Part shown: positions 8,647 to 19,200 of the stretch, piece by piece
Layout: the number at the start of each line of letters is the position of its first letter
Position numbering within the stretch: the stretch's first letter is position 1
Assembly: GCA_035460905.1 (NCBI GenBank)
Contig: DATHWE010000093.1
Span: 14,854 to 78,853 of the forward strand
Direction of reading: 5' to 3'
Origin: Methylophilaceae bacterium
GTDB taxonomy: Bacteria > Pseudomonadota > Gammaproteobacteria > Burkholderiales > Methylophilaceae
Length of the DNA: 64,000 nt
Program-made: the position numbers and the translations under genes
Notes under the pieces: model-generated
The model's database searches: none
The model's input: the letters and a program-made list of their open reading frames with translations, nothing else
Told to the model about the DNA's origin: nothing

Positions 8647-10194
8647 GTGCGTTTACTGATATTACTCATGTTGGGATTTTCCTGCTGTTCGGTCTGGGCC
8701 GAGGAGGAGGGCGGGGCTTTCGACATCCTGGAATATCAGGTCGATGGTAACACCGTGCTGCCGCAGGGCAAGATCGAGGAGGCCATCTACCCCTATATGG
8801 GTGAAGGCAAGTCCATCGCTACTGTCGAAGAGGCGCGTGTGGCGCTGGAAAAAACCTATCGCGATGCCGGCTACCCGACCGTGTTCGTCAATATTCCCGA
8901 ACAGGAAGTGAATGGCGGCATGGTTCGCCTGCAGGTCTCCGAAGGCGACGTGGAACGCTTGCGCGTGGTCGGGGCGCATTACTATTCGTTGGGCACGATA
9001 CGCGAACGCGTGCCCGAGTTGGCCGAGGGCAAGGTGCCGCACTTTCCTACGGTGCAGAAACAGCTGGCCACCGTTAATCGCGGCACGGATCGCCAGGTGG
9101 CCCCGGTGTTGCGCCCCGGCAAATCGCCGGGCAAGGTCGAGGTCGATCTCAAGGTGCAGGATCACTCCCCTTTTCACGGTGGCATCGAGCTTAACAACCG
9201 CTATTCGGCCAATACTACCCACACCCGCCTCAACGGCTCGATGCGCTATGACAACCTGTGGCAGTCGGATCATAGCCTGGGCATCAGCTTCCAGGTTTCG
9301 CCGGAAAACACGGACGAAACTAAGGTGCTGTCCGCCACCTACCTGGTGCCGCGTCTCAATGGCGACTACCTGGCGCTGTACGGTATCAAATCGGAGAGCG
9401 ATATCGCAGCGATCGGCGACGTTGGCGTGGTCGGCAACGGCACGATATTCGGCGTGCGTTACATCCATCCAATGCCTGGGGTGGGTAACTATTTTCACAC
9501 CCTGACCCTAGGCGCGGACTACAAGGATTTCGACGAAACCACGGTGCTCCAGGGCGCGGATAGCTTCAATACGCCCATCACCTATATGCCTTTCTATCTA
9601 GGCTATGACGGCACGTTGCGCTCGCAAAAGAGCGAAACCCAAGCCACGTTGGGTTTGACTTTCTCATTGCGCGGTTTCGTGAACGACGAGCAAGAGTTTG
9701 CTGAAAAGCGCTTTCTTGCGCAGAGCAATTTCGCCGCGTTGCGTGCGGATATCGAACATACCCAGCAATTGGGCGACTGGAAGCTGAATGTGCGGCTCGC
9801 CAGCCAATTGGCGAGCGGTCCGTTGATCTCCAGCGAGCAGTTTGCGGTTGGCGGCGCCGACTCGGTGCGCGGCTACATGGAATCCAACTCCATGGGGGAC
9901 GACGGCGTCTATGGGTCGCTGGAACTTCGTACGCCATCGATGGCGCGCCATCTGCCGGGCGAAATCAAGGAATTGTATGCACTGGCCTTCACTGATGCCG
10001 GGCACGCACGCGTGCGCGAACCGTTGCCCGCTCAAACCGAAAAATTCGACCTCGCCTCAGCCGGCCTGGGATTACGGCTCAAAGGCTTGCATGGACTTTC
10101 GGGCGCGCTGGATTACGCGCGCGCATTGCGTACTTCCGGCCAAATTAAGAACGGAGACGACCGCCTGCATTTCCGCGTGAGCTACGACTGGTAG
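8647..10194 (+). CDS. ShlB/FhaC/HecB-family two-partner secretion transporter (TpsB)
   Basis: GTG start, signal peptide, POTRA (YQVDGNTVL...YRDAGYPT), VRGY motif (GGADSVRGY), C-terminal beta-strand ending in W. Confidence 0.92.
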   Translation: MRLLILLMLGFSCCSVWAEEEGGAFDILEYQVDGNTVLPQGKIEEAIYPYMGEGKSIATVEEARVALEKTYRDAGYPTVFVNIPEQEVNGGMVRLQVSEGDVERLRVVGAHYYSLGTIRERVPELAEGKVPHFPTVQKQLATVNRGTDRQVAPVLRPGKSPGKVEVDLKVQDHSPFHGGIELNNRYSANTTHTRLNGSMRYDNLWQSDHSLGISFQVSPENTDETKVLSATYLVPRLNGDYLALYGIKSESDIAAIGDVGVVGNGTIFGVRYIHPMPGVGNYFHTLTLGADYKDFDETTVLQGADSFNTPITYMPFYLGYDGTLRSQKSETQATLGLTFSLRGFVNDEQEFAEKRFLAQSNFAALRADIEHTQQLGDWKLNVRLASQLASGPLISSEQFAVGGADSVRGYMESNSMGDDGVYGSLELRTPSMARHLPGEIKELYALAFTDAGHARVREPLPAQTEKFDLASAGLGLRLKGLHGLSGALDYARALRTSGQIKNGDDRLHFRVSYDW

Positions 10195-10223
10195 CGCTGA
10201 CAGATTGAATCAAGGGGCATGAC

Positions 10224-13200
10224 ATGAATAAAGGCATCTTCAGACTGGTGTTCAGCAAGCGGCTGGGCATGTATGTTCCCGCGTCGGAAGCGGCGCGTAC
10301 CCACGGCAAAACTGCAACGCGCAGGCTGAGCCGCCGTCTGGCGGCGCTGGTGACAGCCGTCGCTGCCGCGCATGCACCGCTGGCCCTGGCCGAACCGGCC
10401 GGCCTCAAGCCGCAATTAAACGCACAAGGCGCGCTCAATTGGAGTAATGCCGCCATTGACGCGGCCCGCACCTCGGCCAACCAGATGACCATCCGCCAGA
10501 ATGCGGCCAAGGCTATCCTGAACTGGCAGCAACTCAATTTGGCCAGGGGCGAGAGCCTGATTTTCGATCAGCAGGGCAATCGTTCATGGGCAGCACTGAA
10601 CCGCATTCATGATGCCAACCCCAGCCTGATTGCCGGCAACATCAAGGCTGATGGCCACCTCTACTTCATCAATACCAATGGCATTATTTTTGGAGAGGGC
10701 GCACAAATTAATGTGGGTTCGCTCACTGCCGGCTCGCTGGACATCACGGATGAGTTGTTCATTAACGGCATACTTCCCAGCGACGTGCCGGTATTCAGCG
10801 GTACCGGTGGTTTTGTCCAGGTTAAAGGCGAAGACTTTCTGGTTTTCAGGCAAGAAGCTGGCAAAACCTATTGGCTGAAAAATGACGGAACCTTTACAGA
10901 AGAAAAGAAGGATGCAAAGTCTTTTGCCAGCGATGATGAGGCGAAGGCTGCGCTGAATGCGATCGTTGCCCAGAATCCTGCCAGTGGCGCAGTGACGGCC
11001 GTCGTTCGGGAAATTCCTACGATCACTACCGCATCGGGCGGTCGCGTCATGTTATTGGCGCCTGATGTCGAGAATCATGGCGTTATTCATACGCCGGACG
11101 GGCAAACCATACTGGCCGCAGGCAAGCAGGTTTATTTGGCAAAAAGCGATGATCCCGCCGGTGTGCTGGTCGAAGTGAATTCGGGAGGCACTGCGACCAA
11201 TCTGGGAGAAATCATTGCTGAGCGTGGCAATGTGACGTTGGTGGGCCTGGCCGTCAATCAGCAAGGACGTATTTCCGCGAGCACGTCGGTGCGCGCCAAT
11301 GGATCGATCCACCTGCTGGCTCGCGATACGGTGAATGCCGCCACAAAAGACGGCGTGACCACGCTAACACCAAAACGATATGGCACGGTCACCGTGGGTG
11401 CGGGCAGTGTCACCGAAATTGGCGTTGAGATTGGCGATAAGGAAGAGGTATTGGACAAGCAGGCCTTTACCAAATCTCGCGTCAAGATCGAGGGCCGTGC
11501 GATTACGGTGGATGGCACGATCCAGGCCAAGGGCGGGGATGTCACGCTGGATGCCTCGAAGCTGGATACGGTGACTGATGGCAGTTCGCTGAACTTATTG
11601 AACCGCGTCTATTTGGGCGAGCATGCGCTGATCGATGTATCGGGCGTAGACGCGGCCGCGCCGATGTCGCGTAACCAATTGGAAATTCAGCTGTTTTCGG
11701 AGCAGCTGAAGGATGCGCCTCTGTTGCGGGGTGGGCCGCTGTTCGGCGAGAAAATTTATGTCGATGCTCGCAAAGGCACATCGTTGATCGACACGACTGA
11801 TTCCGAGGCATTGATCGGCCGTACGGTCGCGGAGAAAATGTCCGCAGGCGGGAGTGTCGCCATCAAGGCATCCCAGGAATCGACCAAGCCGGGCGATGTG
11901 GTGATACGCGAAGGCGCCAAGGTTGATGTTTCGGGCGGCACGATCAGCTACAGCGAGGGATATATCAAGGAGAGCCGTCTGCGCTATAACGGCCAACTGA
12001 TTTCCATCGCCGATGCTACTCCAGACAAGGCTTACGAAGGTACTGCCGAGACCTACAGCGTAACCGACAACAAATGGGGGATCACTCGCACCTGGACCTT
12101 GAGCCAGTCTCCGCAGGGTATTTATCAGGCAGCCTACCAAGATGGGCAGGCTGCAGGTAAGGTAAATGTCAGCGGCTGGAGCGCTGTCATGGACGGCTCC
12201 TTGATTGCCAATACGCAAAAAAGTTTTCAGCAACGCAATGCGCCTCCAGTTGGAGCTACGTTGACGCTAGCCATCAACAGCGACTTGCATCTCGTTTCAG
12301 ATGCATGGAAGTTGCCGGTCGACTTCTCTTCACATGACATCCTCCCTGCAGATCGGGCCCAGGAAACACAGTTGGAGGTGGACTTCCTGAGAAACGGGTT
12401 TACGCATCTTGACCTCTCTGCCAGCAATATCACTGTCGACACTCCTGTCGTGCTGGACCAGGGAGGCAGCTATGTCGCCATCATGGATAACCCCGCCACT
12501 ACGGACGTAGAAAAGACGCCGATTACCGTCAAGGATTATGTGAGCCTCAAGGGGCAGGTAACCGTCAACGAAGATATCACCGCTGCCGGAGGCGATATCC
12601 GTATCAATACCGACGTATTCGGCAATACGAATGGCGGTGCAGTGACTGTAGCTGATGGCGTTACTCTCAGTACGGCAGGGTTGTTCACCAATGACACGCA
12701 AGGTATAGACGGCGCGATGACGGCGCCTGTGGTCGTCGATGCCGGTAACGTCATGATCAGCGGTATGGTCGGTGGCATGAATGCTTTGACGATGGGAAGT
12801 GACAGCCTCATTGATGCGAGTGCAGGTGCGTGGGTATCAGCCTCGGGCGAACTTCAGGGTGGCAAAGGCGGCAATATTGACCTCACAGGGATTCAAAGTG
12901 TCGAAACAGGACAAGTCCGTGCTTATGGTTTCGATCAAGGCGGTGCTTTAACGCTGAATAGTGCGCAGAATATTCAGGTCGGCGGAGAATCTCCCGCCAC
13001 AGCCGGCACGCTGTGGCTTTCCGAGGGCTTCTTCAATCAGGGCGGTTTTTCAAAATATAAGATTCAGGCAACAGCTCCAGAGTCGGATCTGCTAATAGGG
13101 GACGTTGCCAACAGCCGAACCGAGATTCGACCGCAGGCTGAAAGCCTGACCATGCGTACAGGCTATGGCAGCAAGAGCAGCGGTACGTCGATGGATCAGG

Positions 13201-16200
13201 TAGCTCAACATGCCCTGCAACCAGCACATCTACGCAGGCCGGTGTCGGTGACATTCAAAGCTGGCGACGAGCTCAAGGTGGCCGAGAACACTGCCATCGT
13301 CACTGAAGCGCCAACCAGTCGCAACGGGGCGCGAGGCGATGTCACACTGGAAGCAGGCAGGCAACTGACCATCCTGGGCGATATCGTGGCACCGGCGGCT
13401 ACGATACGCGCCAACCTGACCGGCAAGTTTGGCACTATCTATCCTTACGATACAACAAAAAGCAGCCTCTATATCGGCGAAAAAGCCAGCTTGTCCGCGA
13501 CAGGGCATTACCTGACGAAACCCGCCGAGAACGATCTCCGCAATGCTGAAGTACTGGATGCTGGTAGCATTCTGCTCGGCCGATCGCTCATCAAGAACAG
13601 CAATGGCAGCACAACGCCGGTCAACAGCGAAATCGGCGCGCTCGTCCTTGCCCAAGGCAGCGTGCTGGATGTATCCGGCGTTGCCGGAGAAGTGGATGTC
13701 GTACGGCAGAACGGCAGTGCCCGCGAAACGCAATATGGTGCTGCCGGTACCATCGAAATCGGCTCGCGCAACGCCCTGGTGCTGGATGGCGAGATGCACG
13801 CCAAGGCCGAAGGCAGCGGCAAGGGTGGCACACTGACTTTGTCTATAGCCGGTAATAGCGATAACACGCTTTATCAGGACGAGACCGACCGTTATCCCAA
13901 CGATCCGCGCACACTGACCGTTACACAGAACACGCAGCTGCGCGGTACGGGGTTGCAAGCCGATAGCGATATGTCGGGCGTAATGGGACAAGCGGCAGTT
14001 TCCGTGGAGCAAATCCAAGAGGGTGGATTCGATCGCGTAAACCTGCATGCCGACATGGATGGCGTGGCCGGCGACAAAATTGTGCTGCCCAGTGGCGTCA
14101 ACCTTGCCGTACCAAGCGCCTTGACGCTTGAGAGTGGATTGATCGCCGTGACCGGTAATGGCACGGCGCAGATCGCGGCCCCGGTAGTAACGTTACAAAC
14201 CAACGACAATGGCGGGCAAGCGCCTGTTGCCGGCGATGCGACATTGAAAGTCGCCGCCGATTTCATCGATCTCGTCAATACCGTGGGCATCAGCGGAGTA
14301 AAGTCCACGCAGCTCGACAGCACTCGCGATATCCGTGGTCGTGGCTTCACTTCCAACGTGACTGGCTCGCTCACGGTTCCGGGTGAGCTGATACTCAAGG
14401 CCCGCCAGATTTACCCTGTAACTAACGGCAGTTTCCTGTTCGAAGCAACTGGCCCGCAAAGCCGTATCGAGGTGCAACAGAGCAAGCTGGCGCCGACACC
14501 TGTACTGTCTGCTGGCGGAAAACTGACGCTCAAGGCCAATAATATTGTCCAGGGCGGTACCCTCAAGGCACCGTTGGGGTTTATCAATCTGGATGCGCAA
14601 GCTAGCCTGATCCTCACGCCGGACAGCTTGACCTCGGTATCCGCAGCCGGTCAATTGATCCCCTATGGTTGGACTGGCTTGGGTGGAACCAACCTCTATA
14701 ATCCAGTATCGGCAATTGATCCCAATACCGACTCCCCCAACGGCATTGCAACAGCCGCGGAAACTCAGAAGAAAATCGAACTGAAGTCCGCCAGCATCGA
14801 TATGCAGGCCGGCGCCACCGTCGATATTTCCGGTGGTGGCGATACGCTTGCCTACGAATGGGTAGAGGGCATTGGCGGCTCCATCGATGTACTCGGCCAG
14901 CCCGGTGTGTATGCCGTCATGCCCAGCATGAAGGACGAGTATGCGCCGTATGACTACAGCTTCAGCCAGCAGCGTGTGGTACTGGACGCCGAGAAAAAAA
15001 CCTATGACGGCATTCCGGTCGATCTGAAACCGGGCGACGCGATTTACCTGTCCGGCATTCCTGGCCTGGAAGCCGGTACCTACACGTTATTGCCGGCGCG
15101 CTATGCACTGCTGCCCGGTGCCTACATGGTGCAAACCAGCACGGCCCAATTGCCTCAGGGCGCAAGCGCGTTGCAGGCGGATGGTGCGTCGCTGGTATCC
15201 GGCTATCGCACCACGATTGCTAGCACCGTCAATACCCAGGCCGGGCGCGATGCCGAATACAGTACTTATCGTGTAATCAACGGTAAGGTGTTCCGCGAGA
15301 GTGCCGGCACCACCACCTATCGTGGCGCATCGGAATATATTCTGACCAGCGGCAATGACTTTTTTGCCGCGCAGGCCGAGAAGAAAGGCACCGAAGTCCC
15401 GCGCATAGCCTCGGATGCCGGCCAGTTGGTGCTCAACGCAGGCAGCGAGCTCGCCCTGGAAGCGGACGTTAAAGCCAAGAAGGAAGAAGGCGGACGCGGC
15501 GCCCTGGTGGATATCGTGTCCGACAAGATCAGCGTCGTCTCCGTTATCGGTGCGAGCGACGGCTCCCTGCAACTTGAAGCCGACACCCTTAACGGCCTGA
15601 ATGCGGAAAGCCTGCTGTTGGGCGGTACCCGTACCCAAGACGAAAACGGTATGACCGTCGCGACCAATGCCAGCAGCGTTACCTTCGCCAATGACAAGGA
15701 ACATGCATTGCAGGTCACCGAACTGATTGCGGTCGCTAAAGATACGGTGGCACTGGAACAGAATGCAGTCATCGAAACTGTTGTGGGCACCACGGACGGC
15801 GGCAAATTGGGCTTGCACGCCAGCGGCGATGGCGCATTGCTCGCCGTATCGTCGCTGCATGACATCGAGTTTGACCGTAGCGGCACTGCCAATGCCAAGG
15901 GCAAGCTTGATATTGCCTCAGGCGCTACCGTTAAGGCGCATCGTTCCATGGTACTGGATGCCACCAAGGAAGCCGAGCTGAATGGTACCGCGAGCGTCAG
16001 CACCGGAGGCAGCATTACGCTCGGTGCCAATCGCATCCTGATTGGTCAGGCCGATTCCACAGTCAGCGGCATGCGCATTGACAACACACTATTGGGCAGT
16101 TTCGGCGTGTTGTCCAAGGTCACGCTCAACAGCTATCGCAATATCGATTTCTATGGCCAGGCCAGCCTGGGCGATAAGGATGTCGACCTGACGCTGAACG

Positions 16201-19200
16201 CAGGCGGCATTGCCGGCCACATGGGCGCGAACGAAAGTGTCACATTGACTGCACGCAACCTGGAAATCCGCAACTCCGCCGGAGCCGTGTATGAAAGTGT
16301 GAACGCTGCTGGTGGAAGCACACTGAATGTCAATGCGGAAAATGTGGCCTTGCGGGGAGGTAGCACTGCTACCAACGCAGCTATCGGCGGTTTCGAAAAC
16401 GTAAATCTAACCGCGAACAAGGAAGTGGTGTTCGGCGGCAGCGGCAAGACTACAGTGAATGCCGCGGAAACACGGATTACCAGCACGCGCATTACGGCCG
16501 ATACCGGCACGGATTACACGCTGAGCGCCACCGGAACCCTGACCACGGCTTCCATCCCCTTAAAGGAAGGTGAAGAAGCCTTGGAGTTACCAACAGCAGA
16601 AGGATTAGGCGCGAAGCTGACGCTGGCTGGTACCGAAACGACGATAGGCGGTAAGATCGAATTGGCTTCCGGCCAGTTTACCGCTCAGGCCACACAGGGC
16701 GACCTGATTGTGGACGCGGATGCGAATATCCAGGCGAAATCACTGCCGGTCAAATTCGACAAATACACCGAATACACACCAGGCGGCAGCGTGACCCTGC
16801 AGGCCGATCTCGGCAATGTCGAAACCAAAGCAGGCAGCGTCATCGACGTTTCAGGCGGTGCTGGTGACGGGGATGCCGGCAAGGTCAAGGTCAGCGCTAC
16901 CAAGGGCAACACAATTCTCGCTGGCAAGCTAAAGGGCAGCGCTGCTGCCGGCAAGCAAGGCGGCAGCTTCACGCTAGACACCAAGACAATCAGCGATTTT
17001 TCCAAGATTAATAGCGTGCTGAATGCAGGCAGTTTCAATGCGTCGCGCGACATGCGCATCCGCAGTGGCGATGTGACGATTGCGGCGACTGATGTCGTCA
17101 AGGCGGAAAACGTTGTACTGAGTGCCGATACGGGCAAGATAAATGTCGACGGTACCGTGGATGCCAGCGGCGCGAATGGTGGCAATATCGAGATATACGC
17201 CAAGGACGACCTGACCGTGCATCAAGGCGGCAAACTCCTGGCGCATGCCACTGGCGACGGCACTGAAATGGTTGACGGACTAGGCGCGGGGGGCAACGTA
17301 CTCCTGTCTTCGGATAGCGGTACCGTTAAGGCCGAAGTGTTCGAGGCGGACGGCACTACCCGAATGACCAATGCTGCACTGATCGATGTGTCCGGGGAAA
17401 AAGACAAGGCAGGGGTGGTCAAGGGTGCTGCAGGCAGTGTTACCCTGCGCGCCGGCCGCACAGGGACCAATAATGACACATTCAATTCGGTGAGAACAGC
17501 CGGTACTGCCACGGCATTGACCGCCACGATTACTGGCTTGACCACCTTGACTCGCGGCACCGTTGTGGCGTTCACGCCCAATCAGAACTCGGGTACGGCA
17601 GCTCGCCTGAATATCAACGGCTTGGGTGCGAAGAGCCTGATGAAGGATGGCGGCACCGCCATCGTGGCTGGTGACCTGAAAAAGGACATGACCTACATTG
17701 CCGTTTATGACGGCACCAACTTCCAACTTGTCAGCGGAGATGCCATGGGCTCGCTGGCGACCGGTAGTGGGGCGGTCGGTACTGGAGTGAATATCGAGGT
17801 GGATACCACGGCAGCTATCACTGGTGCGCGGGACGTGCATCTCGAAGCATCGCGTATCTACGAGAAGTCCGTGCTCGACAGCAAGGCGCAATTGCAGTTG
17901 GCAGCCGATACGCAGGCGTTTGCGAGCCGCGCGGCTACGATTCAGGCAGGCTACCGCCAGACCATGGATAAAGTGACGGCAACTCTCGCGCCTGCAGTTG
18001 AAGTACGCTCCACTGGCGATTTGACGCTATCCAACGACTGGAATCTGGATAACACGGTCAACGGTACTTTGGGCATGGCTGGCGCTGGCACGCTGACCTT
18101 GCGTGCCGCCAAAAACCTCAACATCAACGGCAGCCTGAGTGACGGTTTCGATGCCGTGACGCCATTTGCAAACCTGGTGGCGGGCAACGCCTGGTCCTTC
18201 CGTCTTGCGTCGGGAGCCGACCTTACGGCCGCGAATCCTCTGGCAACAGTAAAGAATACCTCTGGCGGCAACCTGACGTTAGCCAACAATAAGTTGATCC
18301 GTACCGGTACCGGCGATATCGAGATGGCTGCTGGCGGTAATCTGGTCATGGGCAACGATGGTTCGGTCATCTATACCGTCGGTCAGGCTGCAGACACTCT
18401 GGCAGGCTTTGAAACTGTCGCAACGGCTACTCTCTCAACCAAAAATGGCAGTACAAGCGCTAGCTATCTCACCAACGGCGGAGATATCGGTATTGCGGTC
18501 CAAGGGGATATTACGGGCAAGATCGTTAGTGTGGTCAACGATGCAAGTAAACAGCAGTTGGTGAATGAGTGGCTGTTCCGCCAAGGCAATACGAAAAACA
18601 CCGATGTGAGCTGGTGGGTACGCCCCGACCTGTTCAAACAAGGGGTCGCGGCCATGGGCGGCGGAAATGTGACGATCGATGCCGGTGGTGATATTACCAA
18701 TTTCTCGGCATCTGTCCCTACGACCGGTCGTTACGATACCTTCACGAAAACGGTTACCACTGATCCCGTGACCGGAGATGCAATTGTCACCATTTCCGAC
18801 GGAACGGGTAAATACCGAATTGATGGGGGCGGTGATCTGACTGTGCGTGCGGGCGGAAACATCAATAGCGGTGTTTACTACGTGGGACGCGGCGACCTGA
18901 AGTTGTCGGCGGGAGGCGCGATTACAAAGAGTGCCAATACCGCAGGCACCATCGTGGCGTTGCAGGATAGCAGCGCCTCGGTTTCGGCATTGAAGAGTGC
19001 GACCCTCGAAACCGTTTTCAACCCCACCCTGTTTGCGCAATCCAGCGTGAATTCAAACATCACGACCGGCCTTTCCGCAAACAGCAGTTATTTCTCGAGC
19101 TATGGCGATGAAAGTGTGCTCAGCCTGAGTTCCATTACCGGCGATGTTGGTTTGGGCATGGGGCTGAATAGTGATACCAAGAGCGCAATCAAATCTTCCG

